Shown: one piece after another, positions 19,985 through 29,806 of the stretch | Position numbering within the stretch: position 1 is the first letter of the stretch | Layout: each line of letters opens with the position of its first letter | Source: Cyanobacteria bacterium J06626_4 | GTDB taxonomy: Bacteria; Cyanobacteriota; Cyanobacteriia; Phormidesmidales; Phormidesmidaceae | Direction: 5' to 3' | DNA length: 62,815 nt | NCBI GenBank assembly: GCA_038523235.1 | Contig: JBCBJQ010000025.1 | Location: forward strand, 1-62,815 | Position numbers and translations under genes: made by a program | The notes under the pieces: generated by a model | The model's database searches: none | What the model saw: the letters and a program-made list of their open reading frames with translations, nothing else | What the model was told of the DNA's origin: nothing

Positions 19985-20050
19985 GATCCGCGTTTCCTAT
20001 CGGTGTTCCTCAGGGGGCACTGAGCCGGGACTGGCTGAGACTGCGGGGCT

Positions 20051-21793
20051 TTAGGCTTTGAACTGCTGGGTATAGAACTGAGCATAGCGCTGGCCATAGC
20101 TGAGCAGCTCGTCGTGGCTCCCCGATTCGAGAATGGTGCCCTTCTCTAAAAAGATAATGCGATCGGCTTCGCGAACGGTGCTCAACCGGTGGGCAATGAT
20201 AAAGACGGTTCGGGCTTGCATCGCGCGCTCTAACGCCTCTTGAACCAGCGCTTCTGATTCAGAATCCAGCGCCGAGGTGGCTTCATCCAAAATCAGAATG
20301 CGGGGATTAAAGTACAGGGCGCGGGCGATCGCGACGCGCTGCCGTTGTCCCCCTGAGAGGTTTACGCCCCGCTCACCCACCCAGGTGTGATACCCCTGAG
20401 AAAACTGAGTGATAAAGTCGTGGGCATTGGCTAACTGGGCGGCGGCTTCAATGCGGTCAGCATCCGGCGTAACTTCGCCATAGGCAATATTTTGAGCAAT
20501 GTTGCCAGAGAACAGGGTGATGTCTTGCGGCACGATGCCAATTTGCCGTCGCAGGCTATTGACGGTGACATCGCGCAGGTCGATGCCATCGATCAGTACC
20601 TGGCCCCGCTGCGGGTCAAAGAAGCGCATCAGCAGGTTGACCAGCGTGGTTTTGCCCGCGCCCGAAGACCCGACCAGCGCCACCACCTCACCCGGATGCA
20701 CCAGCAAGTCAAGGTGCTGCAAAACGGGCTTGCTCGGGTCATAGGCAAAGGAAACGTCGCGGTATTGCACGCGACCGGTGACTGGTGGCAAGGGCTTGGC
20801 GTCAGGCTTGTCAGTTAGGGTAGGCGCGACAGCCATCAGTTCAAACACGCGCTCCACTGAGGCTTCGGTTTGTTTGAACTCGTTGTAGTGCTGAGTGACC
20901 AAGTCAATGGGGTGCAGCAGCAGGGCGATCGCGGCCAAAAAGCTGACCAGCGCCTGCGGTGTGAGATTGCCCTCGGCAATTTGCCAGCCGCCAAGAAAGA
21001 AGAGAAACATGATCCCAATCGCTTCTAGAAAGCCGACGATGGGATACTGTAGGGCCTTAAGCTGTTCGGCGCGATAGCGCGCATTGCGATTGTGGATGGC
21101 CTCTTGATCAAACCGCTGCTGTTCAAATTCTTGGGCGGCAAAGGCCTGCACCAGCCGCATACTGCCAAAGACTTCGGTGAGCAACGCGGATAGGCTCGAA
21201 ATCTGGCTCTGACTTTGGCGCGAGAGTTTGAGTAAGCGATTGCCAAATTCTCCAATGAGCCAGGCCATCAGCGGCGCAATGACGAGGCCCGCTACCGTCA
21301 GCTGCCAGTTGAGATACAGCATGTAGATCGGAATGGCGATGAGCTGCAGCACGCAGGAGACAAACTGCTGCGACATTTTGTGCATCACCTCGCCAATGCG
21401 ATCAATGTCTTCCGTCAGGCGATAGCTCAGGTCACCGGTTTTACTGCGTTCGTAATAATCAAGCCCTAGCCGCTGCAGGTGAGCATAAATTCCTGTTCTC
21501 AAGTCCAGCGTCACGTCGAGCGACGCCCGGATCATGATGATGTTTTCCCAATATTGGAAAACGCTGCGGATCAGGAAAATCACCCCAGCTAGGCCCAGCC
21601 AGTAGGCCATCTCTTCAACGTTGCCTTGACCCATGTAGAGCGCCACCTGGCCGGCTAGGTAGGGCAGAGCTACCGTCGATAACACGTACCCCAAAATGCA
21701 AACAAACCCGATCAAAAACCGACTCAGATGCGGTTTGATAAAGGGCATCAGCTGTCGGTAGCTTGATTGCCGGCGGGGCGCAGCAGGGGTCAC
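20051..21793 (-). CDS. ABC exporter, fused permease/ATPase (MsbA-like)
   Basis: N-terminal TMD; GSSGAGKT, LSGGQRQR, ILILDEATSALD, IIAHRLST. Confidence 0.93.
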   Translation of the reverse strand: MTPAAPRRQSSYRQLMPFIKPHLSRFLIGFVCILGYVLSTVALPYLAGQVALYMGQGNVEEMAYWLGLAGVIFLIRSVFQYWENIIMIRASLDVTLDLRTGIYAHLQRLGLDYYERSKTGDLSYRLTEDIDRIGEVMHKMSQQFVSCVLQLIAIPIYMLYLNWQLTVAGLVIAPLMAWLIGEFGNRLLKLSRQSQSQISSLSALLTEVFGSMRLVQAFAAQEFEQQRFDQEAIHNRNARYRAEQLKALQYPIVGFLEAIGIMFLFFLGGWQIAEGNLTPQALVSFLAAIALLLHPIDLVTQHYNEFKQTEASVERVFELMAVAPTLTDKPDAKPLPPVTGRVQYRDVSFAYDPSKPVLQHLDLLVHPGEVVALVGSSGAGKTTLVNLLMRFFDPQRGQVLIDGIDLRDVTVNSLRRQIGIVPQDITLFSGNIAQNIAYGEVTPDADRIEAAAQLANAHDFITQFSQGYHTWVGERGVNLSGGQRQRVAIARALYFNPRILILDEATSALDSESEALVQEALERAMQARTVFIIAHRLSTVREADRIIFLEKGTILESGSHDELLSYGQRYAQFYTQQFKA

Positions 21794-23037
21794 GGTGTGA
21801 TCGTTCCTCGTTTGGGCTCGATGACCTCAGCCGCTGGGGCGACGGTATCAGCAGCCAGGTTATCTAAAATGAGTTGAGCAATGCGTTCAGAAGCGCCCGG
21901 CGTGCCGAGGCGAGCCCGACCATGATCGATGCAGGCGGTGAGATAGTCTTGATCGGCCAGCGTTTTTTGCAGACAGTGCGCGGCTTCGCGGAGGGTGGAT
22001 TGGTCAGCCGGAGCTTGGCCAATAGTTTGGGCAGACAGCCCGAGCAAGCGGTCTTGGGCTTCGGCAAAGGCGTAATTGAACTGTGGCCCTTCTCCCGGAA
22101 TTTGAATGACCGGCTTGCCTAAAGCCACGGCCTGATCGACGGCCAACCCGGCCATGCCGATGACTAAGGTGGTGTGGCAAACAATGTCGTTGAAGGCGTT
22201 ATCGTAGCAGAGAATTTCTGCGATCGCGCCGTTGTCTTGAGGACAAAAGAGTCGGCCTGATTCATACTGCCAGCCCGCCTCTGTCGCCAACGTTGGCACT
22301 GCCGCCATCAGAGCCGGTACCAATGCCGCCCGAAACTGAACGGTATCGCCCATCAATTGCGCTGCTTCTGCGACGAACTGCATCTGCAGCTTGAAATTCC
22401 GCACGGCTTCGGGCATGCGCGAACCGGGCAGCAGCGCCACCATCGGCACGTCGGGCTTTAGCGATAGATCTTTCCCCTCCGGCAGCAGCCAGTCGAGGGA
22501 GGGAATGCCGCCGTAGTGGACTTTCTCAAAACCTTGTTGGCTCAGGTCTTCGGCGGTGTGAGGATCGCGGGTAATAATGGCCCGACAGCGGGGCGATCGC
22601 ACCACAAAGCGCATCACAAAGTCCGTTTGCAAATGGCCTTCATAGAGGGCCGACAAGCACGAAATAAAAGAGATAAACGGTCTTTGAGTTAGATATGCGC
22701 AGGTTTGGCCCACCGAATCACCGGTGGCGTGCACCAGATCAAACTGGGGGCCATGGTGACGCAGGGCTTTGATCTGCCGCCAGCTCAACCCTAACAGTCC
22801 GGCTCGAATATCTTTTAGCAAGAGCCACCGATTGACGTAGGTAAACCCGCCCGAGGGCAGCACCTGAGTTGGCCCCAAAATGGGGACGTCCAAGCGACGA
22901 TAGGCGTTTCCTTCACCCACAATGGGGATAGCAGCAATGTCAATTTCGGGAGCCAGCTTTTTCAGCGTACGAATAACGTAGGCAGAGTGGTTGTCCTCAC
23001 CGTGACCGTTGCTAATAAATAAGACCCGCTTAGGCAT
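21790..23037 (-). CDS. Lipid-A-disaccharide synthase-related glycosyltransferase
   Basis: LFISNGHGED, LPSGGF, ALLPGSR.PEA..N, IPGEGPQF..FAEAQ.RLLG; overlaps the ABC gene start (GTGA). Confidence 0.88.
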   Translation of the reverse strand: MPKRVLFISNGHGEDNHSAYVIRTLKKLAPEIDIAAIPIVGEGNAYRRLDVPILGPTQVLPSGGFTYVNRWLLLKDIRAGLLGLSWRQIKALRHHGPQFDLVHATGDSVGQTCAYLTQRPFISFISCLSALYEGHLQTDFVMRFVVRSPRCRAIITRDPHTAEDLSQQGFEKVHYGGIPSLDWLLPEGKDLSLKPDVPMVALLPGSRMPEAVRNFKLQMQFVAEAAQLMGDTVQFRAALVPALMAAVPTLATEAGWQYESGRLFCPQDNGAIAEILCYDNAFNDIVCHTTLVIGMAGLAVDQAVALGKPVIQIPGEGPQFNYAFAEAQDRLLGLSAQTIGQAPADQSTLREAAHCLQKTLADQDYLTACIDHGRARLGTPGASERIAQLILDNLAADTVAPAAEVIEPKRGTITP

Positions 23038-23346
23038 CGGGGGCAGCAGTCCTACTAAAGCGCAGATGCCAGTTTAACATTCTGCTTCAGTCATATCTGA
23101 TGAAATCTCCGGTTATCGGGCGATCGCTTCGTCTCAAGAGCGATACAACTCGCTGGAGATCAAGGTGCCATCGCGACCTGCTAGGGAACTTTCAGGCCTG
23201 AGTCGCGGTCTGAATTTGAATTGTCAGGTAAGGAGTCTGCCATCCTGGCTAGAATATGGCGCGATCATGCTCCGTGGGCAATGAACCACTACAAATCGCT
23301 CTATCTTTCCTGACATCGGGTATTCTTAAGCCAAATTATTGAGCCT

Positions 23347-24120
23347 GTGACCGCCTCTGTGAAACCCTTGTTGCATTGTCAAGACTGTCAGCCAGCGCCC
23401 CGTCAGCTCCGGTGGCTGGGGTTCGTCATGGTGAGTGTCACGCTGTTTGCGGGGATCGAGCTGTGGGTGGCGAGCTTGAGCCATAGCCTGACGTTGCGGG
23501 CTGATTCGGGCCATATGCTGACGGATGGCCTAGCGATGGGGCTGGCCATCGTGGCGGCCGCCTTGGCTCAGCGATCGCCCGTCAAGGCACCGGGTAGCCA
23601 CCGGCTAGAACTCGTGGCGGCGCTGATTAATGGGCTGGCGTTATTGGCGATGGCCGCTTGGATTGGCCGCGAGGCCCTCGCCCACTGGCAGGGACAACCC
23701 ACTGAAATTTTGAGCCTGCCGATGCTGATTACCGCTTTGCTGGGGCTGCTGGTGAATGGGCTTAATCTGTACTGGCTGCACGGCGATATGCGGCAAAATC
23801 TGAATCTGCGCGGCATGTTTTTGCATATCTTGGCGGATTTATTGGGGTCGGTTGGAGCCATTTTGGCGGCGATCGCGGTCACCTTTTTGCAGTGGCTCTG
23901 GGCCGATATTGTGATTGGTGCCGTCGTCGCCAGTTTTATTGGGGTCAGCGCCCTGCCGCTGCTCTGGCAGAGTACTCAGCGCCTCTGGCGGCCCCTGAGT
24001 ACTGCGCCTGCGCCAGAGGCCGCGTTATCGGCTGCTGGCTGGCTGGAGCTGGGACAAACCGATTTGGCTAGCCTGGTAACTCAGTCGTCTCAAGGCGGTG
24101 CCGACGAATCGGCCATTTGA
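23347..24120 (+). CDS. Cation diffusion facilitator (CDF) transporter, short form
   Basis: SLTLRADSGHMLTD (TM2), RLELVAALING, LNLRGMFLHILADLLGSVGA (TM5). Confidence 0.88.
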   Translation: MTASVKPLLHCQDCQPAPRQLRWLGFVMVSVTLFAGIELWVASLSHSLTLRADSGHMLTDGLAMGLAIVAAALAQRSPVKAPGSHRLELVAALINGLALLAMAAWIGREALAHWQGQPTEILSLPMLITALLGLLVNGLNLYWLHGDMRQNLNLRGMFLHILADLLGSVGAILAAIAVTFLQWLWADIVIGAVVASFIGVSALPLLWQSTQRLWRPLSTAPAPEAALSAAGWLELGQTDLASLVTQSSQGGADESAI

Positions 24121-24739
24121 GCCATCTCAAAATTTCAATCCTCTGATTTAAGGTCAGACAGCCACCGGCTGGCAGATTTTTTAGGCATTGGGCCGTTTAT
24201 TTCTGGCCTGGTGCGCTCGCCCGATTTGGCATTGCTGCAGTCAACTTTTCAAGAATTTGAGACTGACCCTTGAGCCTCAACGCGATCGTTTACCTGAGCC
24301 AGTCCTTGCTGTCCAAACCAAGGCGCGGATTTTGGCACAGCCTCATCATGGGCGTTTTATAAGTAATCGCCAGTTTGTAAGCTGTAGCTAACTCCAGCGC
24401 CGCCCTGTTGACCTGAACTTAACTTTTGGGCTTCATGCTGATGAACGAGGGCCTCATGACCGCCATTATCGCCTGCAACAATCAGTATGAAGCCTGTCTG
24501 AGATGGTGCTTAGACGACTGCATTAGGCTGGTTTTGGGCATTCTGGGATGACGTTAGTGGCCCATCAGGGCGATTTAATTCATCAGTCTCAACATGGGCA
24601 ACAGTATCTTAATGAGTGTTTTTTCATTGTTGGTCATTGCTTTCTCAAGGCGCTGGGCTGTGGCATCTGCGTCACGGTTTTGAGGGCCTTTGCTGTGGCC
24701 TAGGCGACTGTGCGGTATTGTTTATGACACCCAAAATTC

Positions 24740-26452
24740 ATGCGGACATTTAGTAATTCTGTATTAAGAACGACGGCGATCACCCTCACCTTAGGCAGCT
24801 TGACGGCCTGTAATGGGTCTGGCGGCGGTTTGGGGGGTGGCCAAGGTGTGGAGGTCAATGTCTTAGTGGGCAGTGCTCTCCATGACTTCTGTGACCAAGC
24901 GGCTGAACGGTTTAATGCCAACAGCCCCGCCTTAGAGTCAGGGGAAGCGTTTTACATCAGCTGTGAGGCGGCGGGCAGCGGCGATGTCGTTGCCCAGGTG
25001 CTTGCCTACGCACAGCAATCGCAGTCGGGAACTTTGGAGACTGACGCGGCGGGGTTGCCGACGCTGATCTCAGTGGATGGTGAAATTTACCACAGCCAGC
25101 TGCTTTATCAGCTGCAGCAAGCAGTACCCGGAGCTGACTACGTCCCGCCAATTCCTGATGCCCCGCTGCTGGCCTACAGCCCCATGGTGTTTATGGTGCG
25201 AGAAGATTTGGCCCCGAGTCTGCAGTCGGTGGATGACCTTTTTGTCGCGCTGACTCAGGCGCAAACCCATCAAGATCTCGACGCCGCCAGTCCGCCGCAA
25301 AATATTCATTACGTGCACACTGCGCCCACGCGCTCAAACTCTGGCCTGCAGACGTTGGTCGCGCAGTTTGCCTCGGTGTCGGGCAAACGTCCTGAAACGC
25401 TAACTGCTGCCGATGTCACCACCTACCAGGGTGATATCCAAAAAATTCAGGAAAAGATCACGCGCTACGGCACCTCGACCAGCTCCCTTGCCAGGGCAAT
25501 GGCGACTAACGGCCCGTTTTGGGCCTCTATCGGGTCGGTGTATGAGTCATCGGTGATCGCCGCGAATACCCAATTAGAGGCGGGCCAACCCAAATATGTG
25601 GCCGTTTATCCACCGGCGACCTTTACCTCCAATATGCGCGGAATTTTGCTGAATGCGCCCTGGGTTGATGCGGTCGAGCAAGCCGCCGCTACCGAATTTC
25701 TCGACTATCTGCAAACTTCAGAAATTCAGGCGCTAGCGACCGATTTAGGGCTGCGTCCGGGCAGTCCAGAAGTTGCACTCAGCAGCAAGTTTGGGCCGGA
25801 ATTTGGGGTTGACCCCAACGCTAGCTATGATTCCTATCGCCCGCCCGAAGCTGCCGTGGTGGACGAGATGATTACCGCCTGGGCCGATTTTGCCAAAAAG
25901 CCTTCCCTCGTGGTGATCGTGGTGGATTCCTCCGGCTCGATGGAAGGTAACAAACTACCTGCCGTGCAAAACACGCTGCAAACCTATATCAATACCCTCG
26001 GGCCGAATGATCAGGTGGCCTTGATTGACTTTGATGAAGCGATTCGGCCACCGGTTTTGGCGGATGGCACACCAGCGGGGCAGCAGCGGGGCTTCGACTT
26101 TATCAATAGCCTGCAGGCAGAGGGCGGCACTCGCCTCTATGACGCGTCTTTAGACGCTCAGAGTTGGCTGCGTGCCAACCTGCGAGAAAATGCCATCAAT
26201 GCGGTACTCGTGCTGACGGATGGAGAAGATTCAGGCTCCGGGGTGCCGTTTGACAGTCTGCTCACGAGTTTGAAAGAATCGGACTTCTCAACTGACGAGC
26301 GGATTGCGTTCTTTACCGTGGGCTATGGCGACGAAGGTGATTTCAACCCCGATGTGTTGACCCAAATTTCGGAGTCTACGGGCGGTTACTATGCAAAGGG
26401 CGACCCCGATACGATCGCGCGTCTGATGCAAGATATTCAGCTGGAGTTTTAG
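24740..26452 (+). CDS. Lipoprotein: extracellular solute-binding domain fused to a vWA domain
   Basis: Lipobox LTAC; SBP-like GSGD, SPMVF, TAPTRSNSGL, YESSVI; vWA MIDAS VVDSSGSM, GGT.LYD, VLTDGED, FTVGYG. Confidence 0.88.
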   Translation: MRTFSNSVLRTTAITLTLGSLTACNGSGGGLGGGQGVEVNVLVGSALHDFCDQAAERFNANSPALESGEAFYISCEAAGSGDVVAQVLAYAQQSQSGTLETDAAGLPTLISVDGEIYHSQLLYQLQQAVPGADYVPPIPDAPLLAYSPMVFMVREDLAPSLQSVDDLFVALTQAQTHQDLDAASPPQNIHYVHTAPTRSNSGLQTLVAQFASVSGKRPETLTAADVTTYQGDIQKIQEKITRYGTSTSSLARAMATNGPFWASIGSVYESSVIAANTQLEAGQPKYVAVYPPATFTSNMRGILLNAPWVDAVEQAAATEFLDYLQTSEIQALATDLGLRPGSPEVALSSKFGPEFGVDPNASYDSYRPPEAAVVDEMITAWADFAKKPSLVVIVVDSSGSMEGNKLPAVQNTLQTYINTLGPNDQVALIDFDEAIRPPVLADGTPAGQQRGFDFINSLQAEGGTRLYDASLDAQSWLRANLRENAINAVLVLTDGEDSGSGVPFDSLLTSLKESDFSTDERIAFFTVGYGDEGDFNPDVLTQISESTGGYYAKGDPDTIARLMQDIQLEF

Positions 26453-26455
26453 CGG

Positions 26456-27187
26456 ATGCCCATGAAACTCACCAATCCCTTGGCGTATCCCCTAGCGGTG
26501 CTGGCGGGCGGCGTTTTTTTGGTGGCGGGGGTACGGCTGCTGCGGTTGCCCAACTTGGTGGCGCTGCCGGGGGCAGTGGCGATCGCCACCGCCGGAGCTG
26601 CCGTGCTTAAGGGGCGTGAGCCCGAGTCACTGGGGCTCGACAACCCTGGCTTAGAGACCGAACTGCTGCAGGCCAAGGAGCGGGCGCAACGGCTGGCCAA
26701 GCAGGCCAACGACTTGCAGGCCGAGTCGCTGAATCTGCTGACCGAAACTCACCAGGTCGAGCTGCTAGGCATCGTGCAGTACGCCTGCGATCACACCCGT
26801 GAATTGCCTGCCAAGCTGGACGAATTGGCCACTCGCCTAAGTCGCCGGGGGTCACTGCTATCGGTCGAGAATCTGACCCAACAGCTGCGAGAAGCGCAGC
26901 ACAAGCAGCGCACCAGCACCGGCGTGGCCAGTGAACAGTGGCAGCGGTTGGCAGCCAGTTTAGAGCGCAATATACAACTGGCCCAACAGGGGCAAGACGC
27001 GCGCGAAGCCCAGGTGGTGAATCTATCCACCTTGATTGTCGATGCGGGGGGTATCTTACAACAGTTGCAAAACAAGCTGCGCTCGGCGGATCTCGACAGC
27101 GACCGCCAGACGGATGAACTGCGGGAACTGGGCCTAGAACTCAACAACATGCAAGAGAGCATGGACGTGCTGATGACGCCTCAATAA
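26456..27187 (+). CDS. Hypothetical protein, two N-terminal TM helices plus a long coiled coil
   Basis: Hydrophobic N-terminal hairpin, then Q/E/L-rich helical region; 3 nt after the upstream stop. Confidence 0.82.
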   Translation: MPMKLTNPLAYPLAVLAGGVFLVAGVRLLRLPNLVALPGAVAIATAGAAVLKGREPESLGLDNPGLETELLQAKERAQRLAKQANDLQAESLNLLTETHQVELLGIVQYACDHTRELPAKLDELATRLSRRGSLLSVENLTQQLREAQHKQRTSTGVASEQWQRLAASLERNIQLAQQGQDAREAQVVNLSTLIVDAGGILQQLQNKLRSADLDSDRQTDELRELGLELNNMQESMDVLMTPQ

Positions 27188-27240
27188 AGGGCGGCTCGGC
27201 CGGTTCACGGCAGCGTGATGGTCGGACATACTATGCGGAG

Positions 27241-28353
27241 ATGGAATTGATGAAACCGGCTTTTCGAATGGCAACTTCGGCCGCGATCGCGATCGGGGCT
27301 TTCGGGCTGGCCTACGTGCCGCTGCCAGGCGTAAATCGAACGGTGACCGTAGTCAGCGGTTCGGAGCTGCAGGAACCGTTGGCGGTGCTCGAACAGCGCT
27401 TCGAAGCGGCCAACCCCAACCTTGATCTGCAAATCGAGCTGCAGGGCTCTCAAGACTTGGTCAACAACTATTTGGACGATCAAAACGACTTTACGCCGAC
27501 GGTGCTAATTCCCGCGAACGGTCAGCTGCTCGACGAACTGGCGCAGCGATGGGGCACGCAATACGGCGACGAGCCGTTTTATGATGCGCCCCAGCCGATT
27601 GCCAAAACGATGCTGGTGGCCGTGGCCTGGCCAGAGCGCGGCCAGGCGCTATTTCCGAACAATCAATTTCAGTGGTCGCGGCTGGAATCTGCGGTGACCC
27701 AGGGCAATTGGTCAGCCCTCGGCGGCAATGGCGACTGGGGCAGCTTTGACCTGGTCACCACTGACCCCGAGCGATCGAACAGTGGTCAGCTGGCCTTATC
27801 GCTCTGGTCACAGGCCAAGCTCAACAGCCCGACGCTCACCCTAGCCAACCTCAATACTGCTGAGGTCGAAACGTTGTTTGCTCTGGTTAAACGGTCAGTC
27901 TACCAGCCCCCCCGGTCTACCGACATTCTGCTGCAGGAATTCATCGCTCGCGGCCCCAATGACGCCGATATCGCCATCGTCTACGAAAGCATTGCGCTGT
28001 ATCGCTGGCAGCAAGCTCAACAAAGCAAGGGTGCTCCCTATCAGATTTACTACCTTGATCCCACCATTGAGACGGTGTCTACTGCCGCGATCGCCCGCCG
28101 TGATGTCAGTGCCGCCGAAGCCCAAGCTGGTCAGCAGTTCATCGACTTTCTGATCGCGCCGGAACAGCAGGCCGTGTTTGTGCAGCATGGCTTTCGACCG
28201 CTCAATCCTGATGTGGCCTTGACCGATGTTCCCAACAGCCCCTGGAGCCAGAATATCCCCGGTGTCGAGCCCGAGCCTGCGATTCAGGCCACGGCACCGC
28301 CCGATCGCACCCTGGTAAACGAAGTGATTCGACTCTGGCAGCGCGCCAACTGA
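27241..28353 (+). CDS. Extracellular solute-binding protein, paralogous to the SBP half of 24740..26452
   Basis: N-terminal anchor; VVSGSEL, QGSQD, TDPERSNSGQL, VYESIAL, FL..PEQQ..F...GFRP. Start could also be 27250 or 27268. Confidence 0.85.
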   Translation: MELMKPAFRMATSAAIAIGAFGLAYVPLPGVNRTVTVVSGSELQEPLAVLEQRFEAANPNLDLQIELQGSQDLVNNYLDDQNDFTPTVLIPANGQLLDELAQRWGTQYGDEPFYDAPQPIAKTMLVAVAWPERGQALFPNNQFQWSRLESAVTQGNWSALGGNGDWGSFDLVTTDPERSNSGQLALSLWSQAKLNSPTLTLANLNTAEVETLFALVKRSVYQPPRSTDILLQEFIARGPNDADIAIVYESIALYRWQQAQQSKGAPYQIYYLDPTIETVSTAAIARRDVSAAEAQAGQQFIDFLIAPEQQAVFVQHGFRPLNPDVALTDVPNSPWSQNIPGVEPEPAIQATAPPDRTLVNEVIRLWQRAN

Positions 28354-28435
28354 TGTCGCTGCCCACTGCAATACTCCTGAATCGGTAGGGGAGTTCAGGG
28401 GCAGGGAGTGTTTTGAAGAATTTGGCAAGCAGCTC

Positions 28436-28466
28436 GTAGGGTGCGGTTAGCGAAGCGTCACGCACC
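28436..28466 (+). repeat. GTAG-type REP
   Basis: GTAGGGTGCGGTTAGCGAAGCGTCACGCACC. Confidence 0.7.
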
Positions 28467-28697
28467 ACAGTGCCGGTACTTTTATTTCGAGAAATCTCCT
28501 AGGAGCGCTCTGAATCCTTAGCGCATCCGCCAAGTGGCTCTGCAGGATGGCCCTAATCAAACTGGCGACTGCCATAGCAGAATTCGGAATGCAGAATACC
28601 CTTCAAGAAGTGCAAGGCCCTACGGAAGTCGGAGTTAAAAAGCTCACCAGATAGTGATTTCAGTCATCTGGAATGAGCTAATCGAACTGCGGTTTTA

Positions 28698-28828
28698 TAA
28701 GTAGAAAGCTCTAATTATCGTCGGGTGTGTCATCGCCTAGTGTGACGCACCAAAGCCAACCCTGGTGGTGCGTTGGGCTGTCGCCACAACACACCCTACA
28801 GCAATGTTTATGTATGGCTACCTACCTG
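28698..28828. repeat. REP doublet (REPIN-like) in a MITE-like wrapper
   Basis: TAAGT-N16-CGTCGGGTGTGTC...GACGCACCA...TGGTGCGTT...ACACCCTAC; the same TAAGT-N16-CGTAGGGTG left flank occurs at 4055. Confidence 0.6.
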
Positions 28829-28921
28829 TATCGCGTTGTTTGAGCGATTCGGTCAGCAATCAAGCAAGAGTGTCGGGTCATCCTCTACGACTGCCCGAGT
28901 TATGAGGAGATCGCCTAGCCA

Positions 28922-29725
28922 CTATTGAGGTTGCGTCAAACTGGCCGTGTTGGGCGGATAAACCGCTTCAGCGACCATGCCCGGTTGTCCCAACAGTTGA
29001 GAATTCCCTTCGTTAAAAGACACCATGACGCCGCCCGCATTCCCCGCGCGGATTTTGAGCTGTTCTTCTGCCGTCCAAACTTGAGTTGCGCCTTCCTTTA
29101 AGATGCCTTCAAAAGTAACCTGGCCGTCGGTGGTCACGCGAATCCAAGACTGCCCCTGCAGCTCGACCGCCACCCGAATGGGGGAATCAATCCCTGCTGT
29201 CGGTGAGGTCGCTTCTGTCGGCGAGGCCTCTTCCGCCGTGCCAGCTCCCGCTTCGGGTAGTGTGGCTTCTTCGGCGACTTCCCCTTCTAAGACCGGCAGC
29301 GTGCTGTTCTGATAGTTCATGCGCTGAAACGTATAGGACAGGGCACTAATCGCAATCCCAATCAGCACGATGTAAGTCAGGTACAGATGCACTGGACGCA
29401 ATTGAGGCGTTACCGGCAGCCGCCAAAATGAACGAGAGGCCACCGTCGCTGTCGCCGGTGTGGAATATTGAATGGCCAGCGCTTCTCCATCAAGCCCTAA
29501 GCTATCGCCGTAGCGACGGATCAGCCCTCGGGTATAGACCGGCTCCGGTAGTTGACTGACATCAGCCACCTCAAGCGCCTTGAGTAAACTCAGACGAATC
29601 AAAGTTTGTTCGGTCAAATCTTCGTAGGACATGCCCTTGGTCTCGCGAGTGCCTCGCAAGATCTGACCAATATGAACCAACTGATCGTGGTAGAGCTGGT
29701 GATTATCGGGTGACAGTTTCTTCAT
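28922..29725 (-). CDS. rodZ: RodZ-like cytoskeleton protein (HTH, TM, DUF4115)
   Basis: IGQILRGTRE..GMS...LPEPVYTRGLIRRYGDSLGLDG; TM; SWIRVTTDG..FEGIL..G...KIRAGNAGGV. Confidence 0.85.
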   Translation of the reverse strand: MKKLSPDNHQLYHDQLVHIGQILRGTRETKGMSYEDLTEQTLIRLSLLKALEVADVSQLPEPVYTRGLIRRYGDSLGLDGEALAIQYSTPATATVASRSFWRLPVTPQLRPVHLYLTYIVLIGIAISALSYTFQRMNYQNSTLPVLEGEVAEEATLPEAGAGTAEEASPTEATSPTAGIDSPIRVAVELQGQSWIRVTTDGQVTFEGILKEGATQVWTAEEQLKIRAGNAGGVMVSFNEGNSQLLGQPGMVAEAVYPPNTASLTQPQ

Positions 29726-29806
29726 TAAGCCTTCTGAAGACGCAAACTCAATATATAACGTGACTTCTATAAACAAAAATTACGACATGCCTAGTATCCA
29801 CCAAAA

